64,000 bases of DNA from Candidatus Tayloriibacteriota bacterium. GTDB lineage: Bacteria > Patescibacteriota > Minisyncoccia > Phycocordibacterales > CAIRYW01. Location of the stretch: positions 7,262-71,261 of the forward strand of contig JAQBQZ010000007.1 of the NCBI GenBank assembly GCA_028286725.1. The letters are read 5' to 3'. Shown piece after piece: positions 36,879-47,476 of the stretch. Both the position numbers and the translations under genes were made by a program. The notes under the pieces were generated by a model. That model was not told where the DNA came from and ran no database searches. It saw nothing but the letters and a program-made list of their open reading frames with translations. How positions within the stretch are numbered: the first letter of the stretch is position 1; every line of letters starts with the position of its first letter.

Positions 36879-37909
36879 AACTTCTTATCATTACACAATC
36901 AATAGACAAGAAAAATACCGTACTCGGTTTTTTCCATTCATGGGTAGAGGAGTTTGCGAAGCGATTCGAAAAAATAACGGTCATCTGTCTTGAAAAAGGG
37001 GAATATGATTTGCCTCAGAATGTTAAAGTGTTGTCTTTAGGTAAAGAGATGGGCGAGTCAAAAATGAGGTATGTTTTGAATTTTTATAATTATATTTGGA
37101 ATGAAAGGAAGAATTACGATACTGTATTTGTTCATATGAATCAGGAATACGTACTCCTCGGTTCTCTTCTGTGGAAATTGCTGGGGAAGAAGGTGACAAT
37201 GTGGCGGAATCATCATTCAGGTAATTTTTTGACAGATGTTGCCTGTCTTCTTTGTGACAAGATATTTTGTACTTCAAAATTCTCTTATACTGCAAAGTTT
37301 AAACAAACAGTTTTGATGCCTGTCGGAATTGATACCGATTATTTCAAGTTTGATGATAATGCCAAAAGGACCCCAAGATCTATTTTGTTTTTGGGACGAA
37401 TTGCTCCCATCAAAAAACCAGACGTACTTATCGAAGCTTTAAGACTTTTGAAAACGAAAGGAGTTCCGTTCAAAGCTTCTTTGTATGGAGACGCGCTTTC
37501 AAAAGATATGGATTATTATAATAGTTTAAAAAAGAGAGTAGGTGATTATGGTCTTAATGAATTTGTTTCATTCCATAAAGGAATTCCAAATACAGAGACT
37601 GCGCTTGTATATAGCAAACATGACGTATTTGTAAATCTTTCATCAAGCGGAATGTTTGATAAGACAATATTTGAGGCAATGGCATGTGGATGTGTTGTGC
37701 TTTGTACAAACAAGAATCTTCGGGATATTCTGCCAAAAAGCCAAATTGTAGATTTAAACCCAGAGAGGATTGCAGAGAGTATTCTTACTGTATATAATTT
37801 TTCTCCAGACAACAGATCAGAGACAGGGCGAATACAGGAAGGGCTCGTGAGAAAAAATAGTTTGAGAGAATTGGCGCAAAAACTTCAAAGTGAAATAACT
37901 TCAAAATAA
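36875..37909 (+). CDS. GT4-family glycosyltransferase
   Basis: SSSGMFDKTIFEAMACGCVVLCT motif. Confidence 0.7.
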   Translation: MKLLIITQSIDKKNTVLGFFHSWVEEFAKRFEKITVICLEKGEYDLPQNVKVLSLGKEMGESKMRYVLNFYNYIWNERKNYDTVFVHMNQEYVLLGSLLWKLLGKKVTMWRNHHSGNFLTDVACLLCDKIFCTSKFSYTAKFKQTVLMPVGIDTDYFKFDDNAKRTPRSILFLGRIAPIKKPDVLIEALRLLKTKGVPFKASLYGDALSKDMDYYNSLKKRVGDYGLNEFVSFHKGIPNTETALVYSKHDVFVNLSSSGMFDKTIFEAMACGCVVLCTNKNLRDILPKSQIVDLNPERIAESILTVYNFSPDNRSETGRIQEGLVRKNSLRELAQKLQSEITSK

Positions 37910-39048
37910 TGAAAAAATCTCTATATCTTATATTTCATGGTAGATTTCCAAGCGAAAAAGCGGCATCGCTTTTTGCTGCTAAAAGCGCTGAGGCATTTGC
38001 TGCAATTGATCTAGATACAACGCTTTTGGTACCGCGCCGCCTGGGAAGATCTTCGGAAACTGCAGCAAAGTATTACCAGATAAAAAACAATTTTAAGACT
38101 GCGTACATACCGGTTCTCGATCTTATGGCATTTCCATTGTTTAAAAAGCTTACTTTTTTTATAAGTTTTTTCTCGTTTGCTCTTTGTAGTGCTATGTATC
38201 TTTTGTTTCGAGCATCCAAAGAGGCAATTATTTTCTCAAATGAATCACTTCCTTTGTACACAGCAAGTCTTTTCTTTAAGAACACTTTTTTTGAAATGCA
38301 TGATTTTCCAGAGAGCAAATATTCTTTTTTCAAAAACTTTTTCAGACGTATTCGATGGATACTTTCTCATAACAAATGGAAAAAAGAAAAGTTGCTGAAA
38401 ACGTTTGATATACCAGAATCTAAAGTAATCCTCTTACCAAACACGGTAGAGGTCAAAGATTTTGATATTGATATAAGTAAAAAAGATGCTCGAGAGAAAC
38501 TCTCGCTTCCTCTTGATCAATCTATTGCAGTATATACAGGGCATCTGTATGGATGGAAAGGGGTAGATACACTCGCAGAAGCTGCGCTCTTATTACCTCA
38601 GGTGCTTGTGGTATTTGTAGGCGGTACACCAGTTGATGTTCTAAATTTTAGAAAAAAATATAAGGATATTAGAAATGTAAAGATTGTAGGACATAGACCT
38701 CATACTGAGATTCCGTTATGGCAGAAAGCTAGTGATGTGCTTGTATTACCTAATACTGCAAAAGAGGACATTTCAAAATACTACACTTCACCGATGAAGC
38801 TCTTTGAATATATGGCAAGCAAAAGACCTATTGTTGCTTCGCGGATTCCTTCGGTTGCTGAAATTGTTGATGATAGAACAGCAATGCTTGTCACTCCTGA
38901 TAATACGGAAGAGCTTGCTTACGGAATAAATGCGATCCTTAAGGATGCTGTTATTTCTTCAAAACTAGTTGATGCAGCATTTGCAAGGGTTAAAGATAAC
39001 ACTTGGGATAATCGAGCGCGAAAGATTGTGGAGTTTTTGGAAAAATAG
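37909..39048 (+). CDS. GT4-family glycosyltransferase
   Basis: YTSPMKLFEYMASKRPIVASRIP motif. Stop/start overlap with the upstream gene. Confidence 0.7.
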   Translation: MKKSLYLIFHGRFPSEKAASLFAAKSAEAFAAIDLDTTLLVPRRLGRSSETAAKYYQIKNNFKTAYIPVLDLMAFPLFKKLTFFISFFSFALCSAMYLLFRASKEAIIFSNESLPLYTASLFFKNTFFEMHDFPESKYSFFKNFFRRIRWILSHNKWKKEKLLKTFDIPESKVILLPNTVEVKDFDIDISKKDAREKLSLPLDQSIAVYTGHLYGWKGVDTLAEAALLLPQVLVVFVGGTPVDVLNFRKKYKDIRNVKIVGHRPHTEIPLWQKASDVLVLPNTAKEDISKYYTSPMKLFEYMASKRPIVASRIPSVAEIVDDRTAMLVTPDNTEELAYGINAILKDAVISSKLVDAAFARVKDNTWDNRARKIVEFLEK

Positions 39049-39058
39049 AAAAGTGATA

Positions 39059-39982
39059 TTAATAGTGTACCCAAGTGCAATATTTGTTTTCAAAAAAACC
39101 AACTTTACTTTTATAGTATTCCCAGTCCATTCCATCTTTTTTGGCGATGACGTGAGGGATATTGCCTAGATATGCTGCGAAATCGCCGAATGTGCTATCT
39201 GAACCTATTACGACATCGCACTTCGATAATACAAATAGATCCTCCACCATGTTCATGTGAGTAAGTGCTGTCGACAATCCTTCAAAGAGAGATTCATCTA
39301 CTTTGCCGTCTGATGCGATAACGAGACAGACTTCATCTTTGTTTATATTATATGTTTCGAGATATTCTTGGATAGTACCACTCATTTCTTTAGGTGATAT
39401 GTAATAGGCGCCCCCTTTCCAAGTTTTGTAATCGCCTTGTCTGATATGCACGCCGATCATTATTTTATGTTTTGCGCGTAGGGTATTGCAAAAACTATCT
39501 ACTTTTTCTTTTATGTGGGCTTGTGGAGCAAAATAATCACTGATGTATTTATGATGTTTTGCAATTCCTAGGCTATTTCGAAATATCCACCCATCAAGAT
39601 AGAGAGTTTCTTTTCCTTGTAATTCTCTTAAGTGTTCGTCTGATGTTGGAGGAAGATAAAATGTCCTTTCGTTATCCATAACGCGTACGAGCGACTTCTT
39701 CTTGAGATTCATTACTGACCGCGAGAAAATATCATAAATTTTTCGCCACATTCTTTTTTTGAATGCATTCTTGCGCGTAATGTCGTTTTTGAAACGATTG
39801 AAGAACATATGTTCGATCAACCAAGAGTGTTTTGGCAGATTAAAATATGTCGCGTATTCAAAGAACGCCCAGTTTTCAAGCGGTATGTTTTTTTCCTTTG
39901 TATATGCCAGGATACTCGCATAATTCCAAAGCTGATTTGCGAGTTCGCCGCCACTTGATTTGATGATGACTATTTTTTTCAT
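39059..39982 (-). CDS. GT11-like (alpha-1,2-fucosyltransferase-like) glycosyltransferase, divergent
   Basis: SSGGELANQLWNYA (GGxGNQxFxYA-like motif I) and GVHIRQGDY (motif II, HxRRGDY). Confidence 0.5.
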   Translation of the reverse strand: MKKIVIIKSSGGELANQLWNYASILAYTKEKNIPLENWAFFEYATYFNLPKHSWLIEHMFFNRFKNDITRKNAFKKRMWRKIYDIFSRSVMNLKKKSLVRVMDNERTFYLPPTSDEHLRELQGKETLYLDGWIFRNSLGIAKHHKYISDYFAPQAHIKEKVDSFCNTLRAKHKIMIGVHIRQGDYKTWKGGAYYISPKEMSGTIQEYLETYNINKDEVCLVIASDGKVDESLFEGLSTALTHMNMVEDLFVLSKCDVVIGSDSTFGDFAAYLGNIPHVIAKKDGMDWEYYKSKVGFFENKYCTWVHY

Positions 39983-40762
39983 TTAATCTTTTTTTGATGC
40001 GAGATAATTTACAGCAAAAGGGAATTCTTCTGTTTGAGACGGTTTTTTGATCTCCTCCAAACCATCCTGAAGAATGCGATATATCTTATAGTATGGATTC
40101 AGTAAATCAAATACATCAGCAAATCGATAGCCAGCTTTGAATGATGCTCCTGAATGTTCAAATTGAATAAAATTAATATTGCCTTTTGATATATAGTTTA
40201 TCGCGCCTTTCAAGATATCCATTTCCGATCCTTCAACATCTAATTTGAGGAGATCGATAACACCTATCTTTTCAGTTATGCAAAAATCATCAAGCGTATA
40301 TACTTGGATGTCTGCAGATTTTGCAAATGTATTACGGTCATTGTTGGAGAGTTCATATAAACTATCTACGCCAGATACTCCTTCTGATGAATAAAGAGGT
40401 GACATGCCTGTTTTTACACCAAGTGCGGCGGGGATTATCTTTACGTTTTTATTTTCTTGAAATTGCTTTACGAGCTCCTTTTTTGCTTTATCCGCAGGTT
40501 CAAAAGCATATATTTTTGCATCCGGATTTGCTTCTAAAACCGTCTCAGAATATTCACCGCCTTGTGCTCCCACATCAAAGACTACGGAATCTTTTTTTGA
40601 TTTTGAGAGTACGTATTTAATTGCCCACATTTCTCCTGATGTTCTTATCGATCTTCCTCCTCCAACAAGATTCAAGCCTGCCAGCGAAATTCCAAGCAGT
40701 CTATGAAAAAACCTTTGGTAGCGCTTTTTTCCGTATAAATTTTGAAATATTGCCTTTACCAT
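39983..40762 (-). CDS. FkbM-family methyltransferase
   Basis: VVFDVGAQGGEYSE…AFEP…LKLDVEGSEMDIL matches FkbM SAM-dependent methyltransferases. Confidence 0.75.
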   Translation of the reverse strand: MVKAIFQNLYGKKRYQRFFHRLLGISLAGLNLVGGGRSIRTSGEMWAIKYVLSKSKKDSVVFDVGAQGGEYSETVLEANPDAKIYAFEPADKAKKELVKQFQENKNVKIIPAALGVKTGMSPLYSSEGVSGVDSLYELSNNDRNTFAKSADIQVYTLDDFCITEKIGVIDLLKLDVEGSEMDILKGAINYISKGNINFIQFEHSGASFKAGYRFADVFDLLNPYYKIYRILQDGLEEIKKPSQTEEFPFAVNYLASKKD

Positions 40763-41550
40763 AAGTGATTTAGTTTATTTTTTATCCAATAAAACAATTT
40801 GACCGAGAATTCCAGGAGCGATCCTTTTGGCGGCATGATTTTTGCCTGTTCTGCTCGATATTTTTTTCCTCCACCTTCATTGCTTAAACTGTTTTCTAAT
40901 CGGCGAAAACGAGCTACTGGAATATTGATCGAATAAAGCTTTGTATACTTGGCAAACTCTATCCAAAGCCAATAATCACCGGCGAGCCGAAGAGAGGAAT
41001 TTATTGGTCCTACTTTCTCCCACAAGCTTCGTCTCCAGAAGACGGTTTCCTGTTCGATAACTGGTGCATAGCGGCCATATACACCTCGTTTGATCAAGCT
41101 CTGATAGTATTTAAAAGATCGGCCTCTTTTTTTGATCTCGCCATTTTCATCAGTAACAATATTCATTCCTTTGATCCACAACACTTCGGGGGATTTCGAA
41201 AGGTAATTTTCTATTACTTTTAAAGCACCAGGAAGGTATGTGTCGTCAGAATTAAGCCAAGCGAATATTTCTCCTGTTGCTTTCTCGAATCCTTTATTGA
41301 TCGCATCGTACATTCCATTATCTCGCTCAGAAAATAACCTCATATCAAAGGAATTGCATTTGAATATTTTTTGACCTGATTTTAATTTTGAAATGTATTC
41401 ATTTGCGATGTGTACGGTATTGTCTGTCGATCCGCCGTCCTGAACGATGAGTTCAATATCAAATTCACCCTCCTGGATTAAAAGACTCTCTATAGTTTCT
41501 TTGATATATTTTTCACCGTTATAAACAGGGGTGATAATGCTAAATTTCAT
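40756..41550 (-). CDS. GT2-family glycosyltransferase
   Basis: Start at the ATG at 41550 (MKFSIITPVYNGEKYIKETIESLLIQ…DGGSTDNT), five nt after the upstream stop. Confidence 0.8.
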   Translation of the reverse strand: MKFSIITPVYNGEKYIKETIESLLIQEGEFDIELIVQDGGSTDNTVHIANEYISKLKSGQKIFKCNSFDMRLFSERDNGMYDAINKGFEKATGEIFAWLNSDDTYLPGALKVIENYLSKSPEVLWIKGMNIVTDENGEIKKRGRSFKYYQSLIKRGVYGRYAPVIEQETVFWRRSLWEKVGPINSSLRLAGDYWLWIEFAKYTKLYSINIPVARFRRLENSLSNEGGGKKYRAEQAKIMPPKGSLLEFSVKLFYWIKNKLNHLW

Positions 41551-42415
41551 TTGATTGCTTAATGAATTTTGAAATATCTTTTTTGTAATTATCATTTTGA
41601 ATATCCATTCGCCAGAGATAAATTGGAACAAAGATAGTGTAGCTTTGTTTAAAGGTTTCCGCAATTTCAAAGTTAAAATCCCGATCGACTCCTCGTCCTG
41701 TAAATGATGGCCACACTCGTTCTGGCAATGGTCTGAATTTGATCTTGTCGGTCAAGCTTTTTTTGAGCAAGGGGCAATTGGCGCTTCCTGGGTATGGTGA
41801 AAGATTGCCAAAGAAGAGTTTGTTTACTATTCGTGCAGTCTTAATCTCAAATGGAATATACTTCCCAAAAAATGGAAATAATTTATAAAATATCCCTTTT
41901 GCTTTACGGGCCTGCCTATAGATCTCATCTGGAGTCAGTATTTTTATATCTGTTTCTTTTACAAATCTCTCATAATCAAATTCTCTGTTCTCTAAATCTT
42001 CACTAAATTGCTGCCAATCAACACAAATATGATCCGCTTTGTAAAGATTTAATAGCTTGAACTCTATTTCAATTCTATTTTTAAATGACACATCATCCCC
42101 ATCTTGAAATGTGATGAGTTCGCCTTTAGCTTTCAAAAGTCCGTGATTTCGAGCGAGATACCCTGCATTTATATTCCTTCCTTTTTTGTTGATTCGAGGA
42201 AACGGATCACTCATGTCGAGAAGGGTGTATATAATTCGGCTGTCTTTGAGAACCAAACCTTCGGCTATTTGTTTTGTATTATCTGTACTTCCATCATCAA
42301 CGACGATGATCTCAAGGTTTTTGTAGGTTTGATTGCAAATACTCTCTATTGCAGCACGAATAGTTTTTGCATTATTATGGGTCGGTATGATGACTGATAT
42401 GAGAGGATTTGTCAT
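41540..42415 (-). CDS. GT2-family glycosyltransferase
   Basis: ISVIIPTHNNAKTIRAAIESICNQTYKNLEIIVVDDGSTDNT followed by a DxD region. Confidence 0.85.
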   Translation of the reverse strand: MTNPLISVIIPTHNNAKTIRAAIESICNQTYKNLEIIVVDDGSTDNTKQIAEGLVLKDSRIIYTLLDMSDPFPRINKKGRNINAGYLARNHGLLKAKGELITFQDGDDVSFKNRIEIEFKLLNLYKADHICVDWQQFSEDLENREFDYERFVKETDIKILTPDEIYRQARKAKGIFYKLFPFFGKYIPFEIKTARIVNKLFFGNLSPYPGSANCPLLKKSLTDKIKFRPLPERVWPSFTGRGVDRDFNFEIAETFKQSYTIFVPIYLWRMDIQNDNYKKDISKFIKQSNEI

Positions 42416-43545
42416 TGTACAATTGCGTCAAAGTATTCTTTGAGTGCGGTAGCGAATTGTTTTTGTCCGTAGGTATCCGTTGTTTTTGTGTACACTTTTT
42501 TTGACATATCCTCTAGTGTAATAGGTGTTAGTTTCCTTGTCCATTTCAAAGCTTCTTCAATATCTTTGATAAAACTTTTTTGAAGAATGTATCCCTTGTT
42601 TCCTATTGTAACGCCAGTTTCTTTACTTATGATCGGGATAAGTCCGGTGCTCATCGCAACAAGAACAGCGCCTGATTGCCCTTCTGAGCAAGATGGATAA
42701 ATAATAAATCCGCACTTGGTATGGATCTCTTTAAACTTTTCGCTCTCGATATCAACTCGTCCATGGTAGATAATATTTGGAGTTTCAAAAAGTTCTTTAC
42801 GGTAGAAAGAAACAAAATCCTTTTCTGCTTTTACGGGTCCGCATATATGGAGCAGAAGATCTGGGTGAGAGCGAAATATTTCAAGCAAAAGATCGAGTCC
42901 TTTGTGTACAGCTCCTCCGCCAGAAAGCCATAGAAAATGATGTTGTGCCTCATTCCAGTCTCGCTTTGGTAGATAAAATATCGCAGGAAGGGATTGGGGA
43001 AGTAAGGTTATTTTGTTGCTTTCTGGAAATGTATTTACAGTGTGCTCGTTTCCAAATCCAAAAACAAAATCTGCAATCTCAAAATTTTTTGATTCTGGGA
43101 GGCCTCGCTGCGGCTTAAGATACTCGCCGTTTCTTTGTTTGAAAGCGCTTAGGCGAAGAAATTCTGCGGTGTTATTGAACTTCCAGTATGAGGTCGTAGC
43201 GTGGTGAATTGTGACCGCTTCTTTGAGGTATGGTTTGAATCTCTCTAAATTATGTCCGATATCGAGTACGTAGCTGTATTTCTTCTTTGGTATAAATGCA
43301 GAATTTCTCGCATCAATTACTTGAACGATATATCCCTTATTCAAAAAATACTCAACAATTGTTTTACATTCAAAATAATTACTATGGCGAGTTGATAGTT
43401 TTTCGTGGGGCAAAAGCAGGAAGGGTTCAAGGATGTAAGAGATCAGTACTCGACCACGAGGTTTTACTCCTTGAGGATGAAGAGTAATCGATCCGAAAAG
43501 TCTTTTTGATATTTTTCTCCAATACGCTGTAATTGTATTTTTCAT
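42412..43545 (-). CDS. GT4-family glycosyltransferase
   Basis: 377 aa. YPSCSEGQSGAVLVAMSTGLIPIISKETG (an E-x7-E-like GT4 motif). Confidence 0.6.
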   Translation of the reverse strand: MKNTITAYWRKISKRLFGSITLHPQGVKPRGRVLISYILEPFLLLPHEKLSTRHSNYFECKTIVEYFLNKGYIVQVIDARNSAFIPKKKYSYVLDIGHNLERFKPYLKEAVTIHHATTSYWKFNNTAEFLRLSAFKQRNGEYLKPQRGLPESKNFEIADFVFGFGNEHTVNTFPESNKITLLPQSLPAIFYLPKRDWNEAQHHFLWLSGGGAVHKGLDLLLEIFRSHPDLLLHICGPVKAEKDFVSFYRKELFETPNIIYHGRVDIESEKFKEIHTKCGFIIYPSCSEGQSGAVLVAMSTGLIPIISKETGVTIGNKGYILQKSFIKDIEEALKWTRKLTPITLEDMSKKVYTKTTDTYGQKQFATALKEYFDAIVQ

Positions 43546-43553
43546 TTTGTATA

Positions 43554-45326
43554 TTATTCAATATCTGCTTTATGTGTTTCAAACCAGATCGCAAGGCACA
43601 GAATAAGCCACACCCTGTAAGCAAGCTTTTCTTCTCCATTATAATAGCAATGAGTAAGATGTTGAGTTTCTTTTTGGCTTATATATGAAAATATTTGATG
43701 CTCTTTGTTTTTAGAGAGCGCCACAAGAAAAGTTTTTATTTCACTTAAATGAAGCCATGTTTTTACAGGTGCTCCAAAGCCTTGTTTGCGACGGTAGACG
43801 AAGTCCGGATCCATCTCTTCGGTGAGAATATCTTTTAGTATTATTTTGCCATTATTGTTCTTACCATCTAATTTGTAGGAAGCTGGGAGAGAATAGACAT
43901 ATTCTGCAAGCTTTGTATCAAGAAATGGGGATCTCACTTCAAGCGAATTTGCCATGCTTGTACGATCTATTTTGGTCAAAAGCTGTCCTGGAAGATAAAC
44001 GAGAATATCCCAAAGATTCATTTTGTCTTCTGAGTTAAGTCCTGAATCTCTTACTTCTTCTGGTACGAATATTGGTTTTGCATTATAGGCGAGCAGCTCA
44101 CTTCTTTCTTTCTGGCTAAATATTTCTATGAGCTTTAAGTGGTCTTTAAATGGATCTGAAAACAAACGAGCGGTGATCCGTTTAAAAAAGGGGAGCTGCA
44201 AGTGCTTCCAGTACCATCCATATCCCAAAAAGAATTCATCGGCTCCATCACCCGTGAGTGCAACTTTGACCGACTTGTGCGCGAGATTCGATATGAGGTA
44301 TTGAGATACATCAGAAGAATCTCCATGAGGTTCGTCTAAGTATTCAAAAGTTTTACGAAGTTCAGAAAGGAGTGAATCATTAACAGAAAGCGTGTGATGG
44401 TCTGATCTTATTTTTTCTGAAACTTTGAGGGCATAGGGTAATTCATTGATTGTATCTCCATAAGAAAGGGAAAAGGTTTTGAGTGGTTTTGAAAGTATAC
44501 GCGATGCATAGATGCTAACAAGGGATGAATCGACGCCTCCCGAAAGAAGCGAGCCAACCTCAACATCCGATGAAAGCATTCGTGTGGTCACCGCATCTTT
44601 GAAAAGCGTTTTGATTTTTTGTTTTGCTTCGTCATATGTGTCGGTATTTTGGGCTTTGATGAGATGCCAGTACTTTTCTCTCCGAATTCCATTTTCATCT
44701 ACAATTGCAAAATGGGCGGGTGGAATAGTCTTAATGTTTGAATATATAGTCATGTGCGGCGGTACGTACATAAGCGACAGATATGCATCAAGGGCCTCTT
44801 TGTTTATGACACCTTTGAATCCAAGCGCATGGAGCGCCTTGATCTCTGATGCAAAATAAAAATTATCGTCTTTGTCTTTCGTGTAGTAGAGAGGTTTTTT
44901 GCCGAACCTGTCACGAGCGACAAATAATCTATTTTTAGTTTTATCATAGATTACAAATGCAAACATTCCATCGAGTTCTTTTACACAGTCTTTGTCATAT
45001 GCAATATAGGCTTGAAGTATTACTTCAGTATCAGAGTGTGTTTTGAAGATTGCGCCAGATTTCTGCAGTTTTTCTCGGAGGATTTTGTAGTTGTAAATCT
45101 CACCATTAAAGACAATCGTGTATGCTCCATCACTAGTTGTCATAGGCTGTCCACCGGAAGAGAGATCGATGATAGAAAGGCGAGTGTGCCCCAAAAGAAC
45201 ATTATCGATTTGCATATGTTTGGATGCATCAGGGCCTCGAAGCGCGAGCGCTTCGAGGCCTGCTTTTATATCGATCGAATTCAATGCTTCTTTGTTTGTT
45301 GTCTTAATAGCAATTATTCCACACAT
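43554..45326 (-). CDS. asnB: asparagine synthetase B-family glutamine amidotransferase
   Basis: Start at MCGIIAI (N-terminal nucleophile Cys2). PP-loop SGGVDSS. Full two-domain AsnB architecture. Confidence 0.85.
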   Translation of the reverse strand: MCGIIAIKTTNKEALNSIDIKAGLEALALRGPDASKHMQIDNVLLGHTRLSIIDLSSGGQPMTTSDGAYTIVFNGEIYNYKILREKLQKSGAIFKTHSDTEVILQAYIAYDKDCVKELDGMFAFVIYDKTKNRLFVARDRFGKKPLYYTKDKDDNFYFASEIKALHALGFKGVINKEALDAYLSLMYVPPHMTIYSNIKTIPPAHFAIVDENGIRREKYWHLIKAQNTDTYDEAKQKIKTLFKDAVTTRMLSSDVEVGSLLSGGVDSSLVSIYASRILSKPLKTFSLSYGDTINELPYALKVSEKIRSDHHTLSVNDSLLSELRKTFEYLDEPHGDSSDVSQYLISNLAHKSVKVALTGDGADEFFLGYGWYWKHLQLPFFKRITARLFSDPFKDHLKLIEIFSQKERSELLAYNAKPIFVPEEVRDSGLNSEDKMNLWDILVYLPGQLLTKIDRTSMANSLEVRSPFLDTKLAEYVYSLPASYKLDGKNNNGKIILKDILTEEMDPDFVYRRKQGFGAPVKTWLHLSEIKTFLVALSKNKEHQIFSYISQKETQHLTHCYYNGEEKLAYRVWLILCLAIWFETHKADIE

Positions 45327-45362
45327 AAAAGAAATTATAACGTTAAAATGCGTTTGCTCCAA

Positions 45363-46226
45363 CTATACTCGCTTCCATTCTGGAGGAGTCAGATCGTCAG
45401 TATTCCAGCCTTTGTTGAACCATTTTTTGGGTGCGTAGACGAGTTTGTTTTTGTTGTTTGATAGCCAGGCTGCCCACCAGCTAAAGGTGCTGTTTGCGAT
45501 GATGAAATGTTTGGCATGGCTCATTGCGACAAGCTCTTCGTGAGGAGTGGCTGTTGGAACATCAACATATTCACATGGAAAAGGAATTTTGAAATGTTCT
45601 TTTGCCCAAGCTATCTCATCTGAAAAAATAAAAAAATATGCATGAGGAATTTTTTTTGAAATTTCGTTTATAGAGTATTCATAATATTCGCGCGATGTCA
45701 GCCCGTGATGCTTTGTGGTACCTGGATTATTTGCATAATCACCCCGGCGAATATGGATTACGACAGATTCTGTAGCATTCATTTTTGAGATGTAGGGCGT
45801 GTATGGCTTTTGGATTTCGTCTTTAAGAATGAGTTCTTTTCGGAGTATGTCGTGGATATCTTCAAAATATTTGTATGATTGCCACCAGCCATCAAAATAT
45901 GAGTCTTTGCGATTCTTCATATACTCATCCAAAAAATGAAAAGTATATTCTTCGATGTATTTTTGAGAATTTGCAAAAAGAGGATTATAGATTCTGCCTA
46001 TTATACCTTTTTGTTTTTTGAAAATTTTAAAGCGGGCACATTCTTCTTTGGATGCTTTAGGTAGAATTGTATTGAAATATCCGAGGCCATATGTGAGATA
46101 TGTATGCGTCTTAAAAAAATCAAAATCATATTTAACTTCGGTGTCGTTTCGTATGCCATAGGCACGCGCAAATGCGTATTCGAAGAGCTGATTTCCGAGT
46201 CCACCCTGAAGCTTTAATATATGCAT
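45363..46226 (-). CDS. GT11-family glycosyltransferase (alpha-1,2-fucosyltransferase type)
   Basis: LKLQGGLGNQLFEYAFARAY (motif I) and HIRRGDY (motif II). Confidence 0.85.
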   Translation of the reverse strand: MHILKLQGGLGNQLFEYAFARAYGIRNDTEVKYDFDFFKTHTYLTYGLGYFNTILPKASKEECARFKIFKKQKGIIGRIYNPLFANSQKYIEEYTFHFLDEYMKNRKDSYFDGWWQSYKYFEDIHDILRKELILKDEIQKPYTPYISKMNATESVVIHIRRGDYANNPGTTKHHGLTSREYYEYSINEISKKIPHAYFFIFSDEIAWAKEHFKIPFPCEYVDVPTATPHEELVAMSHAKHFIIANSTFSWWAAWLSNNKNKLVYAPKKWFNKGWNTDDLTPPEWKRV

Positions 46227-46228
46227 CT

Positions 46229-47476
46229 TTATTTTGAATTTCTAATAAGAATTCCAAGGGTAATGAAATCAATACATTCAGAGGCAAGAAGGGCAATCAC
46301 GGCTCCTTCGATTCCGTACATTGGTACCAAGGCTATTGCAAGAATTATTCGAGTCATAGTAGGGAATACCGTAACAATATAAGTTTCTTTTATTTTTTGA
46401 TGGGCGGTGATCGCGGCGGTCAAAAGTTTTCGAGGCGAAGACAGGAGGGTCAGCGATGCGATCTGTGAAAGACCGACTGCATCTGTGTAAAGTGGAAATA
46501 AGTATTTAAATATTAAAGGAGCGCTCAAAATATAGAGAATAATAATAGGCACTGCAACAAAATACATTTGTCGGACACGAAAGAAAACATGGCTCTTCAC
46601 CTCGCTAAAATCTTTTTGTGCAAATTTTGGAATGGCAATTGTACTCTGGTTTTCAATCAAATTTTTGAGTTCTCGGACAGGCGCTATTGCATAAGTATAT
46701 ATCGCTACTGGCGCTGCGCCGACAAATTTCCACAAGAGCAAATCATCAATCTGTTCTGATAGATATCCGAACATGCTTAATATTCCGCTGTGAAATGCAT
46801 ATTTTTTTGCAAACGGCTCTTTTTCATTTGCTCCAATTTGAGCAATATTTTTCTTCATTTTGTGGTAAAGGAAGCTGCCCAAAATGAGATTCGTTATAAT
46901 GCTTGTGATAACTACGATGATCGCTGATCTGGAGGTGATCGCTGTAATAATAAGTGCGATCGTAATAAATGGCGTTCGCATAAGATTGAATCGAGACATA
47001 AATGCAAAGTCTCCCTTTGCATTAAAGTATGATTTTGCCACACTGTTTCTTATAGAAATAGGGAGAGTGATTGCTGCCACTAAAAAACAGATGCCGAGGT
47101 CTATATTGTTATGGAGGATATAATAGATAGATACAATTCCAAGTGAAAGTCCGCCAAGCAAGGACCATGGATAAATAGTTTTGAGTCCTTCATAAATAAC
47201 CCCGTCGTTGCCTCTTGAGATGCTTTTGCTTATGCCTGAGCCAAGCGCTGTGGTCTGCGCCATACTGAAGAATCCGATGAAGGCAAGCGCGAAAGTATAA
47301 AGTCCATAATCTTCTTTAGTCAGAATGTTTGCATAGACGATTGAGAGGATGAGTCCGTTTAGGACACTTGATGCTCGGCCAATATTAATCCAAAGATTGC
47401 TCCGCACAAAATACACCATGTCCGTTTTAGTGTACTTTTCCGTCCATTTTAAAAATCCAATAATTTTATCTTTCAT
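46229..47476 (-). CDS. wzx: Wzx-type polysaccharide flippase (MOP superfamily)
   Basis: About 12 TM helices in the polysaccharide-biosynthesis-protein pattern. Start chosen at the ATG at 47476 (MKDKIIGF…), overlapping the fcl stop by 11 nt. Other in-frame ATGs are possible. Confidence 0.7.
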   Translation of the reverse strand: MKDKIIGFLKWTEKYTKTDMVYFVRSNLWINIGRASSVLNGLILSIVYANILTKEDYGLYTFALAFIGFFSMAQTTALGSGISKSISRGNDGVIYEGLKTIYPWSLLGGLSLGIVSIYYILHNNIDLGICFLVAAITLPISIRNSVAKSYFNAKGDFAFMSRFNLMRTPFITIALIITAITSRSAIIVVITSIITNLILGSFLYHKMKKNIAQIGANEKEPFAKKYAFHSGILSMFGYLSEQIDDLLLWKFVGAAPVAIYTYAIAPVRELKNLIENQSTIAIPKFAQKDFSEVKSHVFFRVRQMYFVAVPIIILYILSAPLIFKYLFPLYTDAVGLSQIASLTLLSSPRKLLTAAITAHQKIKETYIVTVFPTMTRIILAIALVPMYGIEGAVIALLASECIDFITLGILIRNSK